Positions 21,063 through 31,380 of a DNA stretch of 64,000 nucleotides are shown here, piece by piece (positions within the stretch are counted from its first letter, which is position 1; each line of letters begins with the position of its first letter). A program made the position numbers and the translations under genes. The notes below the pieces were generated by a model that did not search any database, was not told the DNA's origin, and was given only the letters and a program-made list of their open reading frames with translations. Source of the DNA: Barthelona sp. PCE (taxonomy: Eukaryota); assembly GCA_040285745.1 (NCBI GenBank), contig JAUFOR010000006.1, positions 310,001 to 374,000 on the forward strand, written 5' to 3'.

Positions 21063-22052
21063 CTACACTGCACTACGCATGCGTTGGAACAAACCTACTA
21101 GAGCTGCAGACTGAAGTGATGGTGTTGAGGCCTGTGTTAACTGATACTGAATATCCGCCAAACCGGTTAATATCAATGCATGTTGGGTACTCGGCATTTC
21201 AACAGGCAAAACCAAATCATGTAATAATGGTACAATGTCTTCAAGTGAGAAGCCCTGCTTAATTATGTTTTCGTCTAAATACTGTAAACCATCAATAGCA
21301 TCACTTTGAAGTAATCGTTGTAATAGTTCATTGACAAGATTAGGGTGTGGCCTTCCCATCGTCGCAAATACAGACCCTTCTGTCAGCGGTACTCTTGTCA
21401 TGGAAATTGCTTGCATTACATTTAATACTCTCCTCATATCTCCTCCTGCTACATCACATAGTATGCTCAATGCGTCATCTTCAAAAGTCATATGTTCAGC
21501 AACTGCGATTTCTCGTGCTTTTTCCAAAGCAAGTGCTGGTTCAAGTGGTGAAAAACGAAAACGAGTGCAACGTGACTGGAGGGCTGGAATAATTTGGGAA
21601 ACCTCGTTACATATCAAACAAAAACGTGCATGTTTGGTGTAATTCTCAATGATCCTCCTCAATGCAAACTGTGCTGTGTTTGTCATTGAATCAACCTCAT
21701 CTAAAATGACCAACTTGAATTTATCAGAAAACATAGCTCGTGTACTAGCAAAATCCTTGATGGTATTCCGAACTACATCGATACCTCTTGCATCTGATGC
21801 ATTAAGTTCCAAAATCATTGGACTAGATGTCGTGCCATAAATCATTTGACATGCTGCATTGATTGTACTTGTTTTTCCAACACCTGGGGGCCCGTAAAAA
21901 AGTAAATGAGGCCACTGATCTTTCACCAGAAAGCGATCAAGTGTCTCTATGATCCATTGCTGACTTACAATATCTGTGAAGTTTTTGGGACGATACTTCT
22001 CGACCCAAGGCAGACGATCGTCTCCCTCGTTCGTTTCTTCAACTGATTGCAT
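21063..22052 (-). CDS. RFC5: Replication factor C small subunit (human RFC5/yeast Rfc3 type)
   Basis: LPWVEKYRP, HLLFYGPPGVGKT, LELNASDARGIDVVR, LVILDEVD, AQFALRR, ALQSRCTRFRF; first ATG at 22052. Confidence 0.92.
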   Translation of the reverse strand: MQSVEETNEGDDRLPWVEKYRPKNFTDIVSQQWIIETLDRFLVKDQWPHLLFYGPPGVGKTSTINAACQMIYGTTSSPMILELNASDARGIDVVRNTIKDFASTRAMFSDKFKLVILDEVDSMTNTAQFALRRIIENYTKHARFCLICNEVSQIIPALQSRCTRFRFSPLEPALALEKAREIAVAEHMTFEDDALSILCDVAGGDMRRVLNVMQAISMTRVPLTEGSVFATMGRPHPNLVNELLQRLLQSDAIDGLQYLDENIIKQGFSLEDIVPLLHDLVLPVEMPSTQHALILTGLADIQYQLTQASTPSLQSAALVGLFQRMRSAV

Positions 22053-22087
22053 AAAAAGAAAGAAGAAAGTAATGCTTTTACACAATT

Positions 22088-23449
22088 ATGCTGTTTGTTC
22101 CACCAGACCCTAAAACTGGACAGGCTCTCCTGTTGCTACTAAGCGTCCCTCTAAGTTTTGTACTAAGATTTATTTCGAAACCCTTACTCAAACATCTATT
22201 TTCCGTTTTTATCGGTGTATTTGGATGTTTCTGGGCTTTCGGTGGGTTGGCATGGCATGTAGTTCTCCCTCCCATCGGTGTCTTTCTTATTATGAAATTT
22301 TTAAGAACCATTGAGAAAACATTACATTTGTCGCGCAAGATTGTAACTTCAACTGTATCATTGCTAATTTTCTCCCACCTTCTTTACGTTCATGTATGGC
22401 GTGAGTTCTTTTTACCACAAAAGTACTCATCTGGCACTGGCTTTGAGGGTTCTCTTCAAATTACTGTTTTACGAATGATTTCCGTTCTTTTCTGCTATGC
22501 AGACTCATCTGTCGATGACAAGTCCCTTACTAAATATCAACAGAAGCATAAACTAAAACATATGCCAACTTTCATCGAGTTCATAAGTTACTCTCTTTCG
22601 TTTGTTACAATTAGTGTCGGGCCATGGATAGAGATCGACCACTACATCGCTAGCATGAACAGAAATAAGAATCCGAAGGGATCTACACGAGTCTTCTTCA
22701 TTAAACTTGGAGAATTCTTCATCTGTGCGATCCCTGCGTTCCTTGGACTGCGCTACTTCAACAAAGAGTGGCTCCTTAGAGTTACAGACAGTCAACCTGC
22801 TCACATCGTTCTTCTAGTTACGTATCTATTCGGTACTCTTGCTGCTCTGAAGTATGAAGCTGCCTGGTTGCTTGGTGAGTGTTCCTGCATCGGATCTACC
22901 CTTTCATATGACGACGAAAGCAAAGAATGGAACAAGTGCACCAACATTGTTCTTAAGAGCGTTGAGCTTCCCACATCACCTCGTGAATCAATCACTGGGT
23001 GGAACCGCCTCGTCAGCAAATGGCTGAACCACTATGTCAATGCCCGTGTTAGTAAGAAAAAAGAGCTTGATGATCACTCCGTTATTCGCTCATCTTTCTC
23101 TGGAATGTTCATCACATTCATGGCAAGTGCATTGTGGCATGGTATCCGCCCTGGTTACTTCATCTTCTTCGCTCTTCTCTTTGTTGGTCAAATGTCTTCA
23201 AAACTGTGGTATAAACGAATCACTCCTATTCTACCTGAAAATACAATCATTAAAGCTGTGTATCGCGCAGGTGGATTCATCACCGGTCGCTTTCTCCCAG
23301 CGTTAGGCGTCTTACCCTGGCTCATGACAATGACGCAGGCTAATTTAGTGTACTCAAGAATGCTCTGGATTTTCCATGTATCTCTTTTTATCTTCTTTAT
23401 TGTTGGTATACTGGCTCCTAAACCCAAGAGAAAGAAGAAACAGGATTAA
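22088..23449 (+). CDS. MBOAT-family lysophospholipid acyltransferase (Ale1/LPCAT-like)
   Basis: Multi-TM protein with GPW, WNRLVSKWLNHYV and SALWHGIRPGY (catalytic His). Confidence 0.9.
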   Translation: MLFVPPDPKTGQALLLLLSVPLSFVLRFISKPLLKHLFSVFIGVFGCFWAFGGLAWHVVLPPIGVFLIMKFLRTIEKTLHLSRKIVTSTVSLLIFSHLLYVHVWREFFLPQKYSSGTGFEGSLQITVLRMISVLFCYADSSVDDKSLTKYQQKHKLKHMPTFIEFISYSLSFVTISVGPWIEIDHYIASMNRNKNPKGSTRVFFIKLGEFFICAIPAFLGLRYFNKEWLLRVTDSQPAHIVLLVTYLFGTLAALKYEAAWLLGECSCIGSTLSYDDESKEWNKCTNIVLKSVELPTSPRESITGWNRLVSKWLNHYVNARVSKKKELDDHSVIRSSFSGMFITFMASALWHGIRPGYFIFFALLFVGQMSSKLWYKRITPILPENTIIKAVYRAGGFITGRFLPALGVLPWLMTMTQANLVYSRMLWIFHVSLFIFFIVGILAPKPKRKKKQD

Positions 23450-26166
23450 AAGAAGCCTTCTTCGAATTCACTCTCCATTAATTCAATAGATCTATGATAC
23501 TCTTCATCTTCACGCTCATAACTACGCGCTGTTGTTGCCCACCTACAATCAAAGTCAGGATCATGTTCTTCTGCATATGATGTGAGCTTCAAGTGATCAA
23601 GTAAATTATTTGGATCAAACGGGGCAAGCGGTTCACTCTTGTCTGGCATACTAAACTCTAAATCTTCCGATTCTGACACGATATGTGACTGAGAAACTAC
23701 AGAAGAGTGCTTTTTATGTACATCAACACCAAGCGCCTCCTGTAATAACAACGAACCGATGACACTGGTCCTTCGGTCTAGTTGTTGCGGTGCTGTTGGC
23801 AACTCAAGTTCAGCATGATTGGACTCTTGTAGCATTATTGAGGCCAAACGCTGCTTTCTTTCCTGTGTCTCCTCCTTTTCGCGTTCGAACTCTTGCTTAC
23901 GCTCTGCTAGCTCCTTTATCTTACCTTCTTTTAGTTTCTCATATTCAATTGCTGCAGTTACCTTCTTCTCCAACTTCTCCCGACGCTGCTGCGATGTAAA
24001 TGTCTTTTGAGCGTTTCGTTGGGCAATCTTCTTCTGGTTGAGCTGTGCAATCCGCTTACTCATCATGCGTCGCACAAATTCAGCTTGTTTGAATGTTCCT
24101 CCCTCTTTAAGGTCCGCTAAGTTGCGGTAGTAGTAAATATGGCTCTGTAGTATCTCCTTGAGCGTCTCATCTTCGATGTTAGTCGACTCTTTCAACAACT
24201 TTTTGCTGTCTTTTCTGAACTTTCGCAGCTCACCAATGCTAGGTGCCTTGTGCCCAATAGGCTGACAATAAGGTGACTCGCGCTCTCCTGTCTTGGTTGA
24301 AGGCTGAGGGACTCGATGAGAAACATAACATGTTTTTGCATTAGGTGTATAAATACAATCTCTATAGAATCCCTGTGACGTATTTGCATTCCCTGGTGTC
24401 TTTCCTAATGAAGAAAGAGGGCGCTTCGGCTGCTCAAGAGTGGCTGCCTCTCTGTACTTCATCAGTTCATCATCCGCTTCACTTACTTCTTTAGAATTTT
24501 GCAGATGATCCATAAGATCGTCAATATCAGAAGGAGAACCATCTACCGACTTAGTGTTCGATACTGATGATCGGCGTGTGCTTAATGAAAGGCGGCGTCG
24601 CACCTCGTTGAATCCCATAGAAGTGTGCCGACCCATCTTTGATCGGGAATCACGCTCCGCCTGATGAATCGCTCTTAGAGAGCCAAGAACCAGTGGACTT
24701 GGACTGAGCATATTAACACGACCGTGCTCAATTTGTTTGCGTTTTAGAGCTCCACTTGTGCCACTTAATAATGATGGATCCAAAAAGTCATCATCTACCA
24801 TGGTGCTTCCTGCAACCAATGAGCACTCGAACAGCGGTTTCTGAATATGCTTCTGAATCTTCTTTCTGCGACGAGGAGGGCGACCGCTCTTCATCGAACG
24901 AGATGTAGCTGTTGTTTTTGCAGTTCGCATAGTCCGTGACGACGGTGAGTGCGACAACCCTAACAGCTCCATTGTATGATCCTGAGACGTTCGTTGAACA
25001 TTTCTCTTTGCAATTGGACTCTCTAATAGAAACCTCGTTTTCTGCACTGCAGCAGGTGCAATCGACTCCTTTTCTTGGGCGTCAACGGTTATAACCTTGG
25101 AGTGGATGAGCGAAGGGGAATTATTCAAGAACGCCTGGATCTCACTACACTTGAAATACGAATCTCTCTTTGCTGATATGAGCTCAATGGATATATCCAA
25201 ACCGACCAAGAGAGTTATCGTGTTCACGTACACGTCTCTCAAAAATGCTTCCTGAAATACCTCACGTTGAGCTGGAAACGAGTGAAAAAAGACCTGACAA
25301 ATCAAGAAAGAAATTGCATAAGGTACAAACTCAAACAATGCATCATGATATTCGTGGAACATCGAGTGTGAGACCATATTGGCTGCTAATAACTTTGCCA
25401 ACAACTCTTCTTCACGATCATCAGCGTAATCACGTAGCATTCCAGTTGGACCACGTTCATAAATCTGGATATGGAAATACCAGAACAGGGAGACAACAAG
25501 CTCTCCCACCGTATCACTCATAAAGTACTTAACTACTGTACCTTGTGGTAAATTTAACAGCTTCCTTTTTGGCTTGAGTGATTCTAGGAAATACCCAACA
25601 ATATAACGATAATTAGGTTCAAAAAAAGGATCATCGGGCCTGTAGAAGACCTGGTTCGGACGTCTTTTAAGTGCATCAGTCACCATTGTTTCGCCAATCT
25701 TCATACGCAAACGAGAATCAGTTTCGTCATCGTCCTCATCATCTATATTCTCCATCTCAAGGCTTTGCAGCACATCGCTGTGTGCCATCTCAATCCCGTT
25801 GTCCTGTGCTATTTGCTTAATTCGAACACGATGAAAAATCAAAGGTCTATACTCTGCTAATGATACATATTGTTGATTGATGGGAGCGCTGTCTTTCGAG
25901 CGAGTGTTGCGCTTTACCTTATCTTTTTCTTTCATATTGCGAAGATTTCTGGTCAACGAATTTGCATTTGTATTTAAAGCAACGTCGACCGAGCTTACAA
26001 GTTCCTCAGGGAAACCATGCATCATGTACTTCTCAATAAGATCTTCACTTAACTCATGCCCTTGCTTCTTGAGCAAATTCAGCTTGTGATCCAAATTCTC
26101 GAGGTCCAGCGTTAAACTGTCCACGAACTTTTGGCTTGGTGAAACTTCAGATCGGGGACTATACAT
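23446..26166 (-). CDS. FAM227-like protein (FWWh domain) with coiled-coil C-terminus
   Basis: SLFWYFH...DALFEFVPYAIS...FFHSFP...VFQEAF resembles the FWWh/FAM227 domain. Confidence 0.65.
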   Translation of the reverse strand: MYSPRSEVSPSQKFVDSLTLDLENLDHKLNLLKKQGHELSEDLIEKYMMHGFPEELVSSVDVALNTNANSLTRNLRNMKEKDKVKRNTRSKDSAPINQQYVSLAEYRPLIFHRVRIKQIAQDNGIEMAHSDVLQSLEMENIDDEDDDETDSRLRMKIGETMVTDALKRRPNQVFYRPDDPFFEPNYRYIVGYFLESLKPKRKLLNLPQGTVVKYFMSDTVGELVVSLFWYFHIQIYERGPTGMLRDYADDREEELLAKLLAANMVSHSMFHEYHDALFEFVPYAISFLICQVFFHSFPAQREVFQEAFLRDVYVNTITLLVGLDISIELISAKRDSYFKCSEIQAFLNNSPSLIHSKVITVDAQEKESIAPAAVQKTRFLLESPIAKRNVQRTSQDHTMELLGLSHSPSSRTMRTAKTTATSRSMKSGRPPRRRKKIQKHIQKPLFECSLVAGSTMVDDDFLDPSLLSGTSGALKRKQIEHGRVNMLSPSPLVLGSLRAIHQAERDSRSKMGRHTSMGFNEVRRRLSLSTRRSSVSNTKSVDGSPSDIDDLMDHLQNSKEVSEADDELMKYREAATLEQPKRPLSSLGKTPGNANTSQGFYRDCIYTPNAKTCYVSHRVPQPSTKTGERESPYCQPIGHKAPSIGELRKFRKDSKKLLKESTNIEDETLKEILQSHIYYYRNLADLKEGGTFKQAEFVRRMMSKRIAQLNQKKIAQRNAQKTFTSQQRREKLEKKVTAAIEYEKLKEGKIKELAERKQEFEREKEETQERKQRLASIMLQESNHAELELPTAPQQLDRRTSVIGSLLLQEALGVDVHKKHSSVVSQSHIVSESEDLEFSMPDKSEPLAPFDPNNLLDHLKLTSYAEEHDPDFDCRWATTARSYEREDEEYHRSIELMESEFEEGFF

Positions 26167-26347
26167 ATTTAACCCAATAACATTTAAACTAATTGAAATG
26201 GTACAGAAATGTTCTTACACCATTATGCTATTTTTACTATGGCTTTGAAATTTTGCAACAATACAATATCCGGATTTGTGCATGTTTTCATTAAAAAACG
26301 CCAAAAAAACATAATTATCATAAATAAATAATATAATAAATTATAAA

Positions 26348-29140
26348 TCACAACAAGTTACACTGACCTTCATCATCCTTAGTATCATCAGCATTTCCAC
26401 CAATGATAATTTGATTATCCAAAGAATCTGTACGCTCACGAGCAACATCGATCCTTCCAAAATCTTGACTGATTATATCAAAATTTGATGGGTTCCTCTT
26501 CAAACCTTCCAAAACAACTTCACCAATATAATTAGTCGAATGACAAATTAAATTTTTACCATTATACACAATTCTAGAGTTCTGCCATTCAAGTCTAAAA
26601 TCCAAAAATGACGTTTCAGAATATTTTTGATAAATAGTTTGATATAAAGAAATAGTTGCATCTAAGCTCTTTACCATACCACCAAGGTTGAAAAAAACCC
26701 TTGCTGCTTGTAAATAAAGAGGTCTGATAAATTGTGATAAAAAATCCATTTGTGACTTAACAAAATTGGTTTTATGTCTATTCCTTGAATTAGGAACTGG
26801 ATACCCGTTCCTTAACTCCAAATCTCCTTGAACAAATAACTCATGAGTTGCACGGATTCCACTTTCAATAGCAATGGTCTTTTGCTTTGATGGATTGCAT
26901 AAATCAGCCACTTTAATAATAACCTCACATATAAACATACGCAAACGTGTTTTGTTACATGACAGTAATTCTTTGAGTGAACTTTCTCTTTTCAATCCTA
27001 ATTTAAAAGGTTTTGAATGAGATTGAAGTGGAGCTAGTGAAAAACTAGATAAGGCATCAATATAGCGGAAATGCTGTCTTAGCTCAGTTGCCAAGATGCA
27101 CTTCTTGATTACCTTCCGAAGATATCCATACTCCCATCCTTGTAAACCACTGAAAAGCCCTGATTCTTCAACTGCACGAAGAGTCCTTTCAGTGTGAATA
27201 CGTTCAAGTACAAACGCATCCAATTGACGGACCTTACATTCATAATCACTGCTACGACCAGGATGAGTAGCATCATGACCAATTGATGCAATTAGCAAAC
27301 CAATAATATCAAGAACTGACAAATAATTTTGGACATTAGAGTTAAAAATAAAATAATGACATGCGTGATAAACTTCTAATGCATGTCTAAAATTATGATA
27401 TGCATTGCTATAATAATCAAGTAATATGATCTGTAAGAAATGGGCTATATTATCTTCAGCAATATTTAGTTCAAATTTGCAACATACTGCAAACAATGTA
27501 TCAAAAATGATTTTTGCAACAACAGAACGATCACGAAAAGCCCAACAATTAATGTTCCATTGTGAAAAAAGATGTGATACATCGATAGCGTTGTTAATAT
27601 TCAGTCTTGGAGGGATTGCCTTATTCAAAAAAGTTTGGGGATATCTGCGACTATATTTCAATAAACTAGACTTAGATGTTGAGTGATCCATTCCTGGTTT
27701 TATGCGTGAAGAGATCTTCTTGGCAAACTGGACTTTGCTAGGGCTATTCGAAAGTTGCTGTACCATACCGCGCATAAGGCTCTCAACACGGATCTCTTTT
27801 CCTCCACTCAATTTCCTTCGATTCCTTGCTTCACGGTACTCATCAGAGACAATGCGTTCAGGTGTTGGCATCTCTCCTTCGCTTTCGTGCGACATACTGC
27901 CTGTCCATGACAAACGCCTCTTGTCCTCATTACGAAGACTGGAGAAGAATTCGTTGTCGAGCACTTCATGTTCACTATCGCTTGTATCAACATTGAGCTC
28001 ACCAAGTCGAAGAGGTGAACCCTTCGGTAGCTCCGTCACCGTGTTACGACGAGGGCGTTGCTGAGGAGATAATGGTGGAAGAAAAGCAGTTGATGAATCA
28101 AGCGCAGTCCTTGAGTTGGATGGTGAGATCAAGATATGGCTTGGAAGTGTCAATCCGCTTTGATCATCAAGTAAAGCAGTAAACGAATCACGCATAACGA
28201 GAAAACGGAACGATAATAAACTCAATATCTGTCTCAAATACCCGATTTCAATTTTCGTAAGGAAAGATGTGATAACAGCGGAACTTTCATCATCAATTAC
28301 GATTTCAAATTCACTATTCACAAATTCATACTTATCAACGGTAACTTCCTCCTCTTCCGTCTCTATATCTGAGAAATCACTTATATAAGAGTTTTCGCTC
28401 ATCATATTCGTCCAATCACACTCTTCTACGACCGACAACGGCTGGACATTTGGCAAATTGGTGTTTGAGTTAAAATTACCGCTGTTATGCAACGATCCGC
28501 TCGAGTTACTGTACAATGTAAGCGAATGTTGCTGTGAATGTGGAGATGATTGCGATATACTCCTCGAAAAATGAGTCAAGAAGTCTTGATCGGTCTCTGA
28601 AAGCATATCAAAAGGGGTCCCGCTGCCTCCATCGGTGAACGGGGGTGTGTTTGATTGTGCAAACGATGAGTTTATAGCCAGACCAATAGAACGAACCATG
28701 TCGTTTGGGCTACTTTCCAATCGACGTGCAACTGTCGGAGTATTAAGGAGGTATTCAAAGAATACAGAGTCGAATTGCTTTGCTATGTTCGTTGTAAGGT
28801 TAACAAAAGATTTGGGAAGCTGTTCTAAGTCCATCAAAAACTCTTCCTTGGTTAACACATAAAACTCACAATCTTCACGTGCTACAATGTCGTAAGAGTA
28901 CTCGCGCATTGTATCGCTGAATAGGAGCACTTCACCACAGATCGCGCTTTCTTTCAGATTAATAAAAGGAACAATTGTTCCTAAGAAATCTTTAACAATG
29001 TCTACTGACCCTGACTTGATGATAAAGGCGCGATCAGCGATTTCGCCAGCTCTCTTTAGGTACTCTCCTCGTCGTGCGCTGCACAATGTGAAGGGTAAAT
29101 CTTCAAACTCCCAGCTTAAGGATAGATCTAAATTTTGCAT
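26348..29140 (-). CDS. Class I cyclic-nucleotide phosphodiesterase with an N-terminal cyclic-nucleotide-binding (CNB) domain
   Basis: CNB: GEYLKRAGEIADRAFIIKSGSVDI...GEVLL...IVAREDCEFYVL. PDEase: YHNFRHA, HDATHPG, LERIH, KVADLCN, ELFVQGDLE. First in-frame ATG is 29140; the track start at 29182 is GTG. Confidence 0.88.
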   Translation of the reverse strand: MQNLDLSLSWEFEDLPFTLCSARRGEYLKRAGEIADRAFIIKSGSVDIVKDFLGTIVPFINLKESAICGEVLLFSDTMREYSYDIVAREDCEFYVLTKEEFLMDLEQLPKSFVNLTTNIAKQFDSVFFEYLLNTPTVARRLESSPNDMVRSIGLAINSSFAQSNTPPFTDGGSGTPFDMLSETDQDFLTHFSRSISQSSPHSQQHSLTLYSNSSGSLHNSGNFNSNTNLPNVQPLSVVEECDWTNMMSENSYISDFSDIETEEEEVTVDKYEFVNSEFEIVIDDESSAVITSFLTKIEIGYLRQILSLLSFRFLVMRDSFTALLDDQSGLTLPSHILISPSNSRTALDSSTAFLPPLSPQQRPRRNTVTELPKGSPLRLGELNVDTSDSEHEVLDNEFFSSLRNEDKRRLSWTGSMSHESEGEMPTPERIVSDEYREARNRRKLSGGKEIRVESLMRGMVQQLSNSPSKVQFAKKISSRIKPGMDHSTSKSSLLKYSRRYPQTFLNKAIPPRLNINNAIDVSHLFSQWNINCWAFRDRSVVAKIIFDTLFAVCCKFELNIAEDNIAHFLQIILLDYYSNAYHNFRHALEVYHACHYFIFNSNVQNYLSVLDIIGLLIASIGHDATHPGRSSDYECKVRQLDAFVLERIHTERTLRAVEESGLFSGLQGWEYGYLRKVIKKCILATELRQHFRYIDALSSFSLAPLQSHSKPFKLGLKRESSLKELLSCNKTRLRMFICEVIIKVADLCNPSKQKTIAIESGIRATHELFVQGDLELRNGYPVPNSRNRHKTNFVKSQMDFLSQFIRPLYLQAARVFFNLGGMVKSLDATISLYQTIYQKYSETSFLDFRLEWQNSRIVYNGKNLICHSTNYIGEVVLEGLKRNPSNFDIISQDFGRIDVARERTDSLDNQIIIGGNADDTKDDEGQCNLL

Positions 29141-29580
29141 TACTTGTGGGGTTAATGGGGGGGAGATTAATCCATCTTTCACAACAAAAGATGTAAAAGA
29201 AAAGGAAGAAAGGAAATATTTTAAAGCATCTTAACAATTTCTTGCTTTGGTTTCTTCCAAGCTCTGGTGATACTAAAAAAGCCTATCGAACTGATTTGAA
29301 CAAATGAGAACACTGTGATACAGAATACAACATAGAAACCTAATCTCTAATATTTCAAATGTTACTTCAGTCCAGATACCTGTAACAGAGAATACATAGC
29401 TGATTTACAACAAAATCTCTGTTTATCCTTCTTCACAAAGAGAAGTTTATTTTTGTGGGTACAAGTTGCTTTAGATGCATTTACTAAAGCAGACAAATGC
29501 CTTTTGTGGTATATTACACGTTATAGTATCTCTGAATACTACAGTTAAAGAGATATTTCATTTTTCTTCATTTTCACAAA

Positions 29581-31380
29581 ATTCCAAGGCAATTAAATTT
29601 TGAAACAGGGCTCCCTGTACATGGTCTTAATGATTGCATTATAGAGCATAAAGATGATATTATTACATTGCAAAAAAATTGCAATGTTTTTAATTTAAAT
29701 GTTAGAGGCAGTGAAGATGCAGCATTCTTGCCTAAAAGCGCGTTTAGTCTCCTTGAAGGTGCTATGATTGTTGAATCTATGCAAAATGGTAAGATTATTT
29801 GTTGTCAACCCATGTTTCCACAATTTGGATCAACTATTACCATCTGCTCGTTAGATGCAGATAATAACATCGTGAGAGAGCAAGAATATGATATTGATAC
29901 AGAAATTCCACGGGGAGAATTTTTTTTTGACAGTGCCAAAATGTGTATTTATTACACTGAGGTAGATAATCTTCCTAAGATCATCAAGTATAACTGCTGC
30001 ACCAGAGAGAACTCCTTTATTAGAAATCATGCCTATGTATTGCAATGTACCAGCTTTTCATTTTTCCGCACTTTAGAAAACGAATATTATCACGATATTC
30101 ATTTTGAAAAATCCATAAAAGAGCTCAATGGTTTCAGTTACGAACTCATTAACTGTGGTAATGTTCACGTTGCTGCTTTTGTTAACAGTGAGAAGTGTAT
30201 TTTTTATGATGGAATTCAGTTCATCATTGCTCCTGAAGGTTTACTTGACTATATTAATGATCATAAGGTAATAGACATGCTTTCCTTCTGGCTCATTGAG
30301 GTACATGAAAATAGTTACACCATGTTGATAAATTGGAGAGAAAAGAGTGAATTTATAAAGGTAGATGAAGAAGGTTTCGCAATTTTGGGAGCTATAAAAG
30401 AACAGGGAGTCATATTCCTCCTCAATAAGGAGAGAGTTAACCTTAACAAAGGTTTTGATCTTTCACATCAACTTGGTGAGGTTTTGTGGTGCAAAACTTA
30501 TCAGAACTGTACATCAGGTATCCTTGTACCTGATGAATGCTTTGTTGGATCTATATATTTACCAGAAATTTGTTGTATAGGAAATTTTATTATTTCCAAT
30601 TATGGAATTGCATTTAATCTTAAAAGTGAGGAAATATATATTCGCAAATGTAACATTGATCACTTTTCAAAAATATTGTTCAAACATCAGTTTCCTCATT
30701 TGTATTACAGCAAATGTGATGTCAATTTTGATAACGCCACCATATCAGTCTTTTTAGATGAAACTAAATTCACCCATGTTATTGAGGCACCTGATATGGA
30801 TATGTGGGATATGGAAGACGAAGGTATCATGAACATGTGCTTTAATCGTACAATAGTCACTGAAAATGGTGGAGTATCTCTCAATGTGTATGGTCGCTTG
30901 TATGAGGTAAAATTTACAATTGAAAACGGTATTGCAACACAGGAGGAAACCTGGGTAAGTGAGAATGACGTATATGACGTTTATGTGAATGGATTTAATC
31001 CTGAGTTATATGCCATGAGAGATAATAGTGTGAGTGTCCGAGATATAGAGCACAATATTGAGTTTAGTCTTACTGATGCATATACCGGTGGGTATTCTGA
31101 GCGTGTGCATTTTAATTGGTGTGGAAAAAGATTGTTTTACAACCTCAAGGGTGTGTATGAAATTGATGAGAATAATAGTTCCCAGTTAGTACATTTTTTT
31201 TCTGATAAAGTGGATCCAATGAAACTGGTTGTAACTGGTGATGGTGTTCTTGAGTTGTTTGAGATTGAAGGAAGAGTTGTGAAATACACACCTGTTTTTG
31301 GTGGAAATAGTAGCGAGCCAAGAGAATTTGACATTATTATTGATGGCTTAGCAACATTTACAGCTGAAATAATACGTTAA
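29581..31380 (+). CDS. Orphan ~600-aa beta-rich protein, expanded family member 3; start uncertain (ATT at 29581, first ATG at 29764)
   Basis: Frame is open from 29536; contains VYVNGFNPELY...FNWCGKRLFYNLKGVYEI; 599 aa from 29581. Confidence 0.75.
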   Translation: MPRQLNFETGLPVHGLNDCIIEHKDDIITLQKNCNVFNLNVRGSEDAAFLPKSAFSLLEGAMIVESMQNGKIICCQPMFPQFGSTITICSLDADNNIVREQEYDIDTEIPRGEFFFDSAKMCIYYTEVDNLPKIIKYNCCTRENSFIRNHAYVLQCTSFSFFRTLENEYYHDIHFEKSIKELNGFSYELINCGNVHVAAFVNSEKCIFYDGIQFIIAPEGLLDYINDHKVIDMLSFWLIEVHENSYTMLINWREKSEFIKVDEEGFAILGAIKEQGVIFLLNKERVNLNKGFDLSHQLGEVLWCKTYQNCTSGILVPDECFVGSIYLPEICCIGNFIISNYGIAFNLKSEEIYIRKCNIDHFSKILFKHQFPHLYYSKCDVNFDNATISVFLDETKFTHVIEAPDMDMWDMEDEGIMNMCFNRTIVTENGGVSLNVYGRLYEVKFTIENGIATQEETWVSENDVYDVYVNGFNPELYAMRDNSVSVRDIEHNIEFSLTDAYTGGYSERVHFNWCGKRLFYNLKGVYEIDENNSSQLVHFFSDKVDPMKLVVTGDGVLELFEIEGRVVKYTPVFGGNSSEPREFDIIIDGLATFTAEIIR

